Origin: Octopus bimaculoides
Lineage: Eukaryota
Assembly: GCF_001194135.2 (NCBI RefSeq)
Contig: NC_068986.1
Span: 66,612,452 to 66,676,451 of the forward strand
Direction: 5' to 3'
Length of the DNA: 64,000 bases
The position numbers were made by a program, and so were the translations under genes. Below the pieces are notes generated by a model. That model was given only the letters and a program-made list of their open reading frames with translations, was not told the origin of the DNA and did no database searches. Below are positions 37,503 to 50,243 of the stretch, piece after piece. Positions within the stretch are counted from its first letter, which is position 1. Each line of letters begins with the position of its first letter.

Positions 37503-37643
37503 TAAATAGATGTGAAATATGCGTCCGCTTCTCTATTTCATCCGTACAGATATAAATTATATAAAGCACAAACTTTTATCATGATATTTATAATTATATA
37601 TGTAACCATACAAATATGAATAAGTAAATTAATGCAAACACAG

Positions 37644-37688
<45 letters not shown>

Positions 37689-38329
37689 GCATGTGTATGT
37701 ACACGCACCCATATGCATAAAAAATATGTACAAATATAGATATATATGTGTGTGTGTGAGCATATATGCACTGATGCATGCATACATACGTACATATATA
37801 CATACATACGTACATACATACATAAATACATGCATGTATGCATGCATGCATATATATATAAATACATATACGCGCACAGACGTATCTAGTTACATAGATG
37901 AATATATGGAACAAAAGTAACTTTCGGAAATAAAACTCCTGATTGGATAGCTGTATGACAGATCAATAATAATCTATAAATGCACGAAATGATAGCAAGA
38001 AATGTCATTTAGGATTGAGTAATGAAAAATGATTGAAACTAAGACCAATTAAGATAGTAAAATTGTTCGCGGCTTGTTGAAAAAATGAATCTGTATAATA
38101 AACGAATTATTAAAGCAACTCCTTTGACATAAGTCTTTTTCCCCACTTACATTGTTCTAGCAAAAGATTACTATTTTCTTATATTGTAGACACATGAGTT
38201 CACGGATGTAATTTGTAGTAATGGTAACATTAGCTTACTCTTTGGAATTAAGTACCGGGTGACTGACTTGCAGTGAAGTTAAGGGTGAAAAAGAGACATT
38301 TATACCTCACTCATAGGATTTGTGGCGGC

Positions 38330-38393
<64 letters not shown>

Positions 38394-38408
38394 TAATAAT
38401 AATAATTA

Positions 38409-38444
<36 letters not shown>

Positions 38445-38449
<5 letters not shown>

Positions 38450-38824
38450 TCCGCTTTAGCGAAGGTGGAGGTATTGTTTTCAGTCGTGTTTGTTTGTTTG
38501 TTTGTTTGTTTGACTGTGGACAAAATATTTCAAGAACCGCTGGATGGTTTCGGATGAAACTTTCAGGGATGTTTGGCTACGTGACTGGCACGAACTGATT
38601 AGATTTTGGGATTGATCCGCTACCAGATAAAGATTCTGGATTATTTTTCCGATTTTTTAAAACTTAATTTTTGAGAGCGGTCGGGTTCATTTTTTGTATT
38701 CTTCTTCGTGAGAGCAGTCGAGTTTATTTCAGATATTCTCATTTCAAAAATCATCTCTGGCTAATGATTGAGAGGACGTTGGTGTTGCCTTGGAGGAGGT
38801 TTGCGCTATCTGAGTGCTCTTGTT
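38445..38824 (+). mobile_element. Helentron-associated non-autonomous element (HINE/DINE-1-like)
   Basis: 5' ttacctccgc..ggaggtattgttttc, (GTTT)n block, 3' sub-terminal ggaggaggt complementary to acctcc, terminal gcgctatctgagtgc hairpin; inserted within (TTA)n. Confidence 0.7.
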
Positions 38825-38826
38825 GC

Positions 38827-38967
<141 letters not shown>

Positions 38968-39100
38968 GGCGGCGAGCTGGCAGAGTCGTTACCACGCTGG
39001 GCAAAATATTTAGCGGTATTTCGTCCATCTTGACGTTCTGAGTTTAAGTTCCACCGAGGTAGACTTTGCCTTTCATCCTTTCGGGGTCGATAAATTAACA
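38968..39100 (+). mobile_element. Family A SINE, 3'-truncated
   Basis: aaggcggcgagctggcagagtcgttacc through ggggtcgataaattaa, then an abrupt switch to PLE sequence. Confidence 0.9.
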
Positions 39101-39104
39101 ACCA

Positions 39105-40275
39105 TTGAATCCAACCAGATGGTTACTCTAGAAGCACTATCTGGTGAAGCACTATCGGTGATTCAAGAGAAACTAGTGATAGACACCCATCTAAAAGAAC
39201 GCACTAGTATACCAATAAGAAACTTGACGGAAATGTTGACCTTCCGTATAGAAACTACCTACTTCAGAATGGACACTGATGTATATCGACAAAAAGTGGG
39301 TTTTGCTATGGGTTCGCCATTATCACCGATAATAGCCAATATATGCATGAAATACTTTGAGAATTTGGCTTTAGGATCAACACCACTAAAACCAACCCTA
39401 TGGCTGCGATAGTTTGATGCCACCTTTATACTCTGGCCTCACCAAGAAGATCTCCAAGCGCTGTTAGATCATGTGAACTCAATAAAACCATCCATACAGT
39501 TCACAATGGGAAAGGAAAAAGACAATCAGCTAGCATTGTTGGACGTATTAATAACACGCATCAAGTATGGATTTAAGATATCCGTATACCGCAAGCCGAC
39601 CTTCACTGGACGATACCTCAACTTCAACTCCCACCATCTATACAGTGTAAAGAGAGGGATTGCCCAGTGCCTAAAACATCGAGCAATGAATATAAGTAGC
39701 GATCGTGATACCCACCACGAAGAAATGATCCATCTCAGTAACAATCTATTAAGCAACAACTACCCCCAAAACATACTATCCACTCCAATTATGAAGAAAA
39801 GAGGGGATGAAACCAATAAACTGTCCACAGTCTGTCTACCCTATGTAAAAAGCCTCTCCGAAAAGATACAAAAGATATGCGGCACATATGGCATCAGGAC
39901 AGTATTCAAGAGTAATACTACACTTCGCAAATATCTCCTTCGAGTAAAACCACCAATATGACCAAAAAACTGCGCATACTCCATCCCATGCAGCTGTAGT
40001 AGGTTATACAAAAGCGAAACATGTCGCCCCCTCAAAATAAGGGTAGAGGAACATCGAGGAGATATTGATAAATCAGGTATAGCTGATCATGTATGGAAAA
40101 ATGGAGACCACCTCCTCCTGTGGGATGAAGTTAAAATAATAGACAGAGAACACCACTGGAAAATACGAAAACTAAAAGAAGCAGCACATATGCTTGGACA
40201 CAACAACCTCCTAAGCAGATCGAGTGCAGATATGAATAGCATATGGGAACGGGTATTAAGGAAGGATAGGAAAAT
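39105..40275 (+). mobile_element. Penelope-like element (Poseidon-type): RT 3' half plus GIY-YIG endonuclease, few stops
   Basis: YFRM..DVYRQKVGFAMGSPLSPIIAN, WLR*FDATFILW (YVDD site decayed), SIQFTM..E, LALLDV, VYRKPTFTGRYLNFNSHH, LPYVKSLSEKI, YSIPCSC..YKSETCRPLKIRVEEH, IADHVW, RKLKEA. Confidence 0.92.
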
Positions 40276-40289
40276 ATTAGATTTATAAT

Positions 40290-40830
<541 letters not shown>

Positions 40831-40859
40831 GCTAATTCAGTTAGCCGGTATTTTATCTT

Positions 40860-41706
40860 GATGTTTGGTAACAAGTAACCTCAAATCTCAAATTTCCATT
40901 GGACCGGTTAAGCTACTCGGAATCTGGCTTGCTCCTTAGCCTCAAGTGGATTGGAAATGGAACCGAAAAATCAAGGTAGTTTTACCCAAAAATGGGCTGA
41001 AAGGATGCTGTCCTTAAGAAGGTGGGCAGAGATGGCAAATGCCTTCGTCACCTCCGTTACTGCTTACTGCCTGACCGTTGTACTTTGTTCCAGACCCCGC
41101 CTGATCAAATAGAAACGTCCATTATTCAATTTCTTGTGGAAGGGTCGCATTCAACTTGTCAGGCGGTTTATCTGCTATCAGCACTCTCTGCATGGGAGCT
41201 AAAGCATGCCGTAGCTGCTGATGCACAGACAAGCGCCGAGGCTGCGTCACCTGCAAAGTTTTCTAGTCGGCGAATGGGTGTGGGGTGAAGCAAAGATCGA
41301 CACTGGGCGCCGAGCATCTTGAATGTTATCAGACGCTCACAGCTCTCTATATCATTAGGGCAACGGAATCGGATGTTCCACTCGAACAGTTCATGGAGGT
41401 TTAGTGGCGGGGATGAGTGGCAACGTTCCCGGGAAGACATTGGTGGACGAAACTTTCCTCTTTGGTTGAGCCCTGTTTTTACTTGAAAAGGAAGGTGAGA
41501 GTGGTGAGAGAGGTACTGTTCTCGAGTGAATTAACTGAAATGTAGGTGAAAGTGATGGAAATGGCAAGAATGGATAGCACCACTCAACGTATGGACCTGT
41601 AAATCGGAGAACAAAAAGTTGTTATTGGTGTTCAGGGAGATCTTGAATAGTGGGCTTACACGGTTGGCCATTGATGGAGGTCGTTGTGTATCAAGAAGAT
41701 CACATC
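40860..41706 (-). mobile_element. Penelope-like element N-terminal region, decayed
   Basis: SFVHQCLPGN and LNNGRFYLIRRG resemble the N-terminal region of Neptune-type PLE ORFs as recalled; many stops. Confidence 0.45.
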
Positions 41707-41713
41707 AAGAGGA

Positions 41714-41943
41714 AGGCGGCGAGCTGGCAGAAACGTTAGCACGCCGGGCGAAATGCTTAGCGGTATTTCGTCTGTCGCTATGTTCTGAGTTCAAATTCCG
41801 CCGAGGTCGACTTTGCCTTCATCCTTTCGGGGTCGATTAAGTAAGTACCAGTTACGCACTGGGGTCGATATAATCGACTTAATCCGTTTGTCTGTCCTTG
41901 TTTGTCCCCTCTGTGTGTAGCCCCTTGTGGGCAGTAAAGAAGT
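41714..41943 (+). mobile_element. Intact family A SINE (tRNA head plus Nin/Deu domain) with 7-bp target-site duplication
   Basis: A-box-like gagctggcagaaacgttagc, B-box gagttcaaattcc, Nin core gccgaggtcgactttgccttcatcctttcggggtcgat; TSD aagagga at 41707-41713 and 41944-41950. Confidence 0.95.
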
Positions 41944-41950
41944 AAGAGGA

Positions 41951-42230
41951 TCACATCCTCATCCTTTCTCCTTCACTCGCTTGACCTCCTTCTTCCATTT
42001 CTCTTTCCTTCTACCCCTATCAACCCAGTTCTCTCTCATGTCACTTCCTGTTCACGTTTGAGGCTCCCTTGGTCCTGTCTTATTTATCAGTTAGAGTCAG
42101 GTTTTTAGAGGATGCAAAATTCTGCTAAACCATTAATTTCTCTTCTGTTAACTATTCCTTGAAGAAAGTCTCGATCCGAAATGTTGAATTTTCTACTCCC
42201 ACGACAAGTTCTTTTTTTGTCGATTTTAAT
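41951..42230 (+). mobile_element. PLE pseudo-LTR remnant with decayed minimal hammerhead
   Basis: Pyrimidine-rich tract, then ttc-cTTGAAGA-aagtctcgatc-CGAAA-tgtt-gaa at about 42163-42190. Confidence 0.5.
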
Positions 42231-42533
42231 AAGTAATAGTTTTTACCGACGCAGATCAACACCAGTCTCTGGATTCAGTTTGATTACGTATATGGAATAT
42301 ATAATCTACCTAATTGCCTGCCTGCTTGCCGGCCTGCCTACCTACGTACGTACGTACGTACGTACGTACCTACCTACCTGTCTACTTGCTTGTCTGCCCA
42401 CCTACCTACCTACCTACCTACCTACCTACCTACCTACCTACCTACTTGTCTACCTACTTACTTACCTACCTACCTACCTACCTACCTACCTACCTACCTA
42501 TATGCATACTTACATGCCTACATACCTACTTAC

Positions 42534-42623
<90 letters not shown>

Positions 42624-43602
42624 TGCTAGCTATATATCTATCTGTACATACGTACATACATACATACAAACAGACATACAGACAGACAGGCACATACACT
42701 CACACACATACGGGTGCTATTTGGGTTGGTTCGTTTTTATTATCTTTTTATGTTTTAAACATGGCAATGTCCGTTTTGATTTATGTTCTTCAATTAATTT
42801 ATATGTTTACGGTTCAGGGAAGATACAGTCCCTTCCTTTTGGTTATGTTTGTTACCTTGTGAAACTGGGGTAGCTTTCCTTTGGTTATTATTGTTTTCTG
42901 CATTTTATTGATTTATGTGTTTATAACTTAATTTTTTCAATTTATATATTTAATAACTTCTGTTTACCACATTTAGTTGGTTTTTATGTTTTATATTTTT
43001 GATGTTCAATAGTTCTTTACCTAAACTATACATAATACACACATACACACACACACACATAACTCATGTATATATATATATATANNNNNNNNNNNNNNNN
43101 NNNNNNNNNNNNNNNNNNNNNNNNNNNNNNNNNNNNNNNNNNNNNNNNNNNNNNNNNNNNNNNNNNNNNNNNNNNNNNNNNNNNNNNNNNNNNNNNNNNN
43201 NNNNNNNNNNNNNNNNNNNNNNNNNNNNNNNNNNNNNNNNNNNNNNNNNNNNNNNNNNNNNNNNNNNNNNNNNNNNNNNNNNNNNNNNNNNNNNNNNNNN
43301 NNNNNNNNNNNNNNNNNNNNNNNNNNNNNNNNNNNNNNNNNNNNNNNNNNNNNNNNNNNNNNNNNNNNNNNNNNNNNNNNNNNNNNNNNNNNNNNNNNNN
43401 NNNNNNNNNNNNNNNNNNNNNNNNNNNNNNNNNNNNNNNNNNNNNNNNNNNNNNNNNNNNNNNNNNNNNNNNNNNNNNNNNNNNNNNNNNNNNNNNNNNN
43501 NNNNNNNNNNNNNNNNNNNNNNNNNNNNNNNNNNNNNNNNNNNNNNNNNNNNNNNNNNNATATATATATATATATATATACATATATACATATATATACA
43601 GA

Positions 43603-44470
43603 CAAGGAGTTCGGGCTAAATTTGACATTTTTTATGTCTCTTTTTCTCAGGAAATTGGTAAGCGTTCAATGACGTTGGAAAGCATTAAGTTTTAAGTTGT
43701 AGTTGAGAAAAAGTTAGCTGACACAGAGGACGGAAAGTCGTCTGAATATTGGAAATGGGTTACCTGTATCATGATGATTCGCACCGGGTGTCAAAATGCA
43801 GACATCACGACTGCTGCTCAATGTTCTATAAAGGCTGTAAGACATGACACGGGTAACAAGCAACGGAGACTACGGACCCGCGGCCAGTAGAAAAGGTGCA
43901 ACAGCTGTTTTGGCTCAGATCGCACGCTGGAATCCATAACCACATCTTTGAACAGGGCCTTAAGCTCAATTTAGACGACTATGTGAAGCTGCTGGAGACT
44001 GTAGTCAAACCCAGGCTGGAAGGAGTCGCTGCTGGAAGGTAATATGTGTGTGACAGTAGGATTCGGCTCCTTGCTATACGTCGAGAAAGAGCTGGAAGTA
44101 GTTGGCGGAGAATTTCTACGACTTAATCAGTCGTAATTTCCAGCCTCGTATTTCTCTCGATTGTAATCTCATGGATTACAATCTGTGGAGTGTGGTTGAG
44201 AAAGACACCGACCACTCTGCTCTCAACATCAAGGAGATATTCGAAGGTCTTCCGAGGGACACAGTAAGGTACGCACGGGTAAGTTTGCGGAGCTGATTTG
44301 AGGCCGCGAGGAAAGCTGAGGGCGGCTACTTTGAGCAACCCTCAGCAACCCTACTTTGAGCATAATTTAGTTGATACATTTTGAGGTTGTGAAAATATTT
44401 TCTTCTTGGGTGGAATATTGTGTTTTGTTCTCTGGTTATGCAAACTGTCATATTTAACCCGAACACCCTG
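43603..44470 (+). mobile_element. Tc1/mariner (maT/DD37D-like) element, internally deleted
   Basis: TIRs caaggagttcgggctaaatttgaca and tgtcatatttaacccgaacaccctg; protein remnants Q*DSAPCYTSRKS, LAENFYD, DCNLMDYNLWSVVE, AEGGYFE. Confidence 0.85.
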
Positions 44471-44476
44471 TGTGTA

Positions 44477-44545
<69 letters not shown>

Positions 44546-44934
44546 GTATACACTGTTGAATTTCGGGTTGGTCATTTTATTTTATTTTATTTTTCATTAC
44601 CAGATAAGCATACGCACTATATATTCGTTCTTTACTCGTTTATTGCTGTTCTTATTTTAACTCATGTCCATTGTCCGGAAATCTTTCGTCACACATCTGC
44701 AACCTCTTCAGCGTCACTTTCTGTCCTCGTGTGTGCTCCTGCTCCGCTTAGTCCATGTATATGTATGTCTATGACCAGTTTCACCGAGCAGATTCTAATC
44801 AAACTATGCTATGGCATAAGACACTCGCTCAAGCCTTTGTGCAGTGTGATCGGCCTCGGAGCCACTTCGTTTGGAATCGAACAGTGTCTGTACTCATCTG
44901 AAAAACGAAAAGCTCAGTGACTCAGCCTGTTGTA

Positions 44935-45450
44935 ATTTTAAAAAGAATACACAAAGAATGCTTTTAAACTTTACCTAAAGTCTTTATCATTTAATAGATC
45001 AATTCTTTCTTGCCACTTAGCAATAAAATCTTCAATATGTTCTTTATACTAGACTTAAAAATAAAAACAAAATATAAGTCTTTCTCCTCGATCAAATAAA
45101 TAGTTTAGTCATAAGCGGTCTTTTACAAAATAGTTAAAAGGTTCCACATTCTCATAAACGAAACCAACTTTATGTTGCATTTGCTTTGTCATTGGGTCTT
45201 TTGAAAATAAATTTCCACGATCAATATTGGACAAAAGATTATTTCTAAACCATCTATTGATTTATTCTAAATCACTAACTCGGCCAGGACTAAAGCAATA
45301 AGTGTTCCTTCACAACTGACTGGACATCTCTTTCCACCAATCAAATCTAAACCTTTTACTTTGTAAAAATCTCGAAATGTTCTCGTATTTTTGTATAACA
45401 GATTTTGACAGATGTCTTGAAATATTGATTTCTCTCGGATAAGTCACGCT
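44935..45450 (-). pseudogene. Unidentified decayed reading frame (about 170 codons, six stops)
   Basis: One minus frame reads SVTYPREINISRHLSKSVIQKYENISRFLQSKRFRFDWWKEMSSQL*RNTYCFSPGRVSDLE*INRWFRNNLLSNIDRGNLFSKDPMTKQMQHKVGFVYENVEPFNYFVKDRL*LNYLFDRGERL...YKEHIEDFIAKWQERIDLLNDKDFR. Protein-like composition; family not recognised. Confidence 0.4.
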
Positions 45451-46879
45451 GTTAATATTTATAGAAAAGAGATATAATCAAATAAATCGACCCCAGTGTA
45501 CTACAGGTATACATCATATATATATATATGTATATGTATGTATGTATAATAAAAAAAGGGTGGCTTATTAGCAATTAGAACCTAAAGGCAAAATTAATAG
45601 GTTAATCACCATCCCTTACAAAACAATTTCTGATATTTGTACATAGCCAAATATTTATAAGAAAAATATAAGCCAATGAACATGTCTAGTATTAATTTTA
45701 ACGACTGTGGTATATAGTTAAGCTAAGTGTCTTCTGCAAATGAGATTTATGTAACCAGGTCATAACATAAACAGAGCTTTTCACTCCTCATACAGGAAAG
45801 CACGAACCCAACAGCTGGTTAACTGGCGTCTTATTCACTCCCTTATAAGCGGATCTTTTGTTAAAGAAAGGTGAATAATGGTATCAAAATATGAAATCGA
45901 AAACAAGATCAAAAGACAGAGCTAGGCAACAAAAAGGAAAACATACAAATGGAAAGTACGTAATGCTATGATTAACATTCTGTATATCAAAAACAAGATT
46001 GAAGTTTCAAAATTTGGATGCCATAGTACCCAGTATATGAAATGATATATTTTAAAAATTTGTTATATTCCAATTGACTTTATGATGTCGTTTACTGCAG
46101 GGAGTTTTTTTTTTAATTGAAGTCGATAACAATTCTCTTCTAATGAATATATATTGTTAAATAAAAGAAAACTGTTTTCAATGAATTAAATTTTCTTGCA
46201 GGTGGAAAAAAAAACTTATCTTCAACAAAAGATCGGTAATGGCATTCTTGTGAAGATTTAATAGCGATATCGACAGACACCAAAGGAGAGACTGCTTCTC
46301 TAGTATGGTGCCAGGAAAATTGCTGATTATGATTACATGTTTCTTATGTGTTTAGATCATAGACATGTATTTTAGTTCGGATCTTTAACCTGGATTATAT
46401 ATATATATATATGCATTGCTTTAAAATTTATATATATATATATATATATNNNNNNNNNNNNNNNNNNNNNNNNNNNNNNNNNNNNNNNNNNNNNNNNNNN
46501 NNNNNNNNNNNNNNNNNNNNNNNNNNNNNNNNNNNNNNNNNNNNNNNNNNNNNNNNNNNNNNNNNNNNNNNNNNNNNNNNNNNNNNNNNNNNNNNNNNNN
46601 NNNNNNNNNNNNNNNNNNNNNNNNNNNNNNNNNNNNNNNNNNNNNNNNNNNNNNNNNNNNNNNNNNNNNNNNNNNNNNNNNNNNNNNNNNNNNNNNNNNN
46701 NNNNNNNNNNNNNNNNNNNNNNNNNNNNNNNNNNNNNNNNNNNNNNNNNNNNNNNNNNTATATATATATATATATATATATATATGCATATATATATATT
46801 GGTTGAAAATGCAATACCAAAATTTATATACAAGTACTGAACCGGGTTCACACCCTTTTGGGATCTTCATAAGTAATGG

Positions 46880-47645
46880 AATATGGAAAGTTTTATCACA
46901 AAAGTTTCTTGTTGCAGTTCTTCTCTTGAAGATTTCTTAACGTTTCAAATTTTGAACATTATTATGCTGATGTCAAACGGTCTGTTAGGTTTCCTCTTCA
47001 AACAAATTGTTAGTCAGTCCTTTGATGGTGTCAGCTCTTAATTTGTAAATTCCGTTTATTCTTTGTCAAAGATTTTATTGAAGATTTCCATATATCTGTA
47101 CGATATGTTGCTGCAGCTCTTCTTACGCTGTGGTTTATACTTTTTACTAAACTGATTTTCCTTATGCATCTGTATTTGATGTGCAATTTTATCGAAACAA
47201 AGATAAAATGGGAAGATTAGGAATGTCGGGTTATTGTTTGTTGTAAATGTGTCTAAGTGTATACTTAGAAGAATCTGTCTATTAGGATCTCTTATTTGTT
47301 GCCGATAAATAGTGGGCCTTGTTTTCAAAGACTGTTTCGTTTGTCCCATGTAATCTTCATTACAACCTTTATATTTAATAGCATAAATGAAATTTTTAAT
47401 GAACAGGTGAAGTTATTTTTTATAGTTAAGATATGTCCTGATTTGAATATATAAGTAGTCTTCTGTACGGTAGATGCACGTTCTGCAGCTGATGTGACCA
47501 CTTTTTTGATTACACGAAGAAACAAAGTTTTTGTTGCAGTAACACCAGCACTTGTTCTGAACTCATTTAAGCGCGCTGAAGTCAAATCTGAGGTTAGTTT
47601 TTTTCCCGTAGGCTCTAGATTTTATGCAATTCAACATACACCTTT
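46880..47645 (-). mobile_element. Neptune-type Penelope element 3' end (linker, GIY-YIG, 3' UTR)
   Basis: LTSARL, YIFKSGH..TIKNNFTCS, (Y)MGQTKQSLKTRPTIYRQQIRDP, FLIFPFY, KENQF.KKYKP. Confidence 0.85.
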
Positions 47646-47777
47646 TTTCTCGAAATATGGACACCTCTCACATGGTGACATGGTCCATCTCAAAATTTTA
47701 TGACCAGTCTTAAAAATAACCGCCTGATACACACGCACACACACACGCACACACACACGCACACACACACGCACACA

Positions 47778-47865
<88 letters not shown>

Positions 47866-47866
<1 letters not shown>

Positions 47867-48060
47867 AGATGCATGGCTAAGTGGTTAGGGTGTTGCCCTC
47901 ACGATTGCGAGAGTGTGGTTTCAATTCCCAGACCGGGCGTTGCGTTCTATTCTTGGGAAAAACACTCCATTTCACGTTGCTCTGCGATCATTTCGTCATC
48001 TGGCATGTGGCATATGTAATGTAGATTTAATGGAGGGAGTGAGCTTATGTGAGTGCATAG
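47866..48060 (+). mobile_element. tRNA-headed SINE (family C), 5' fragment
   Basis: gcatggctaagtggttagggtgtt (A box), ggtttcaattcccagaccgggcgttg (B box); same head as 62065-62432. Confidence 0.75.
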
Positions 48061-48099
48061 ATTTCAGGTCTATGGTTATTTCCTAAATGGTCTATTTTT

Positions 48100-50243
48100 T
48101 TTGCAATCAAGGTATTTCAAAATCTCAAAATTTCATCTTCATCAAACTGATGTCATAGTTTATTAGGAGAAATATGTGATAAAACCCTCTTTAAATTAGT
48201 TGGGCAGTGAAAAGGAAAATGCAAGATAGTATAAATTTATTCAAGAATACAGTTTGAAACTTTCCCTAATAAGCAAAAGTTATAGTTTGTATAAAACTGA
48301 CTGATGAATAAAACATTAATTACTTCGAGAAGGCAAAGCTCAATAGCAGTCTATTCATGTAGAAATTTGCGCTTGAAGCGCTTGCATTTGTGGACTGTCT
48401 CAGGGCAATCTCGCTTAATACTACAGTAGTAGTCTGCCATCATATGTTTGTCCCATCTCCGTTGCTAATGCTCTTCCATGGTCTTGAGGTCCTGATGGAA
48501 ACGTTCACCTTGTTCGTCACTTACTGCTCCTAGGTTCTCAGGGAATCTATCAAGATGACTGTACAGGAAATGGCGTTTGATACTCATGTTACATCCAAGA
48601 TTAAGAAAAGGTAAAAAGCAAATTAACTACGAGAGTTTCATAGTTGCCAGTCTTTTTATTGTCGAGAAAGTTTTCTGTTACCGCCACGAATGAAAGCCAT
48701 GCAGTCCTTTCCTTGTCATTCATCTTTCTGGCAAATTCTTGATCGCGTACAAGTGCATGAACCTGCTGTCCATCAAGCACACCTGCCTTGATGTTCTCGA
48801 AGGTCAAAGCAGAGAGAGCAGAGACTATGTGTTGGAAACAGTCACCGTCAGTATTTAATGCCTTAACGAACTGTTTCATCAAGCCCACCTTGATGTGGAG
48901 CGGAGGAAAAATAATCTATTCTCGATTGACAACTGGATCATTGACAATATTTGGTATACCTACTTCCAGAGTCTCACGTTTAGGCCACTCTTTCTGGTTC
49001 CAGTGATTCTCTCATGCTCGGCTGTCCTACATGCAAAGGTAGCAGGGTTACTTTGTAAATCCTCTTTGTGGACCTAGGAAGAAATTAACCATTTAGAGGT
49101 CCTCGCAAATTGTTCAGTTGTGCTCGTGGTATTTTTGTAGGTCAATTACAGTTATGGCATCATACTTCTCTCGTAAATACACACAATGATCAACTAGAAC
49201 AATTGCATAAACATTGCCATTATGGAGTAGAACACACTTCAGTCTGCACTTTGAACTATCTAGAAATAATCGCCAATAATTTGGATTGTTCAATGGAATC
49301 CCTATTGCCTTAAGAAGACCTGAGATATGACAATAAACAAACTTAATATCCTCTGTAAAAATTACACAAAAACCTTCTCTCGCTTACGGAACTATGAAAC
49401 TTTTATTGTATGGCTCAGTAGATACTTTTCTTGCAACCTGGAGGCTAATACTTCAACTGTTTTTTTTTGGAGAGATCCAAATCACGCACAAGCTCATTCA
49501 GCCGAGGCTGGCTAAACTGCTGAGGAGTTGATGACTCTGTGGTGTCATAAGAAGGACTGCCGGATTCTCGAAGTATTTCATGACTTTCATCATTAGCCCC
49601 TTGCCTTTGGTCGCAACCCGCATCGTCAGATGGAGAAAATCCTTTAAAAACTGGAATTGGTACGTATCAGAGTGCAGAGTAGGTCGGATTGCTGAGGGGA
49701 TACTAGGATATGAGATGTTTTCCCTGTTTTTATTGCCAATACCCTTTGTATTGACCAGATAAAAATAGCAGTCACTTGTGTGGTCCTTCGGTTCTCGCCA
49801 TGTCATGAGAATTCCGAAAGGAAAACCCTTACGTTTCCTTTTTGTCCAGTCAAGCAGCAGTTCCTCTGGTCGCCAAGAGTAAGTCCAAAGTACGCTTTAT
49901 AAGCACACCTCACAAACGATGTCATATTACGCCTTTGATGAATAAGCGTGAAATATCCAAAATATAACAGAAAGCGTCCGGCTTGTTCATACATTGATGT
50001 CTCTTTGTAGCCATGGTCAGATCCGAAAGAGAATCAAAACAAATTTAATATCTCTGTTGATAACACAAACGTCTAAGTAATTAATTTGAAAACAAACGGC
50101 TGGAATGCAAAACTTAAATTTGCATGAAAACTAGAGCGTGCAGAATATAACCGTTTTCACATTTGAATTTAGCAGATTATAAACAGTAAGAGTTACCTAA
50201 AACTTCTTATGCAACTGAGATTTCGAAATAACATTGTCCTGTG
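48100..50243 (-). mobile_element. Cut-and-paste DNA transposon, decayed transposase (family often labelled TcMar-ISRm11-like; name from recall)
   Basis: WREPKDHTSDCYF, GLMKQFVKAL, IKAGVLDGQQV, AWLSFVAV.ENFLDN, LGCNMSIKRHFLYSHLDRFPENLGAVSDEQGERFHQDLK, MADY; degenerate inverted ends at 48104-48127 and 50216-50243. Confidence 0.85.

Noticed and set aside
41714-41800. tRNA genes
   Set aside because: All A/B-box sequences continue into SINE bodies and do not fold into complete cloverleaves by eye.
46932-47007. Hammerhead with 47-nt loop 2 (TTGAAGA...GAAACGTT, minus strand)
   Set aside because: The homologous copy at 55800-56050 lacks that TTGAAGA and instead suggests a compact hammerhead deleted in this copy.
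48301-48345. CTGATGA box on the plus strand
   Set aside because: No GAAA box or helices; lies in the transposon 3' region.
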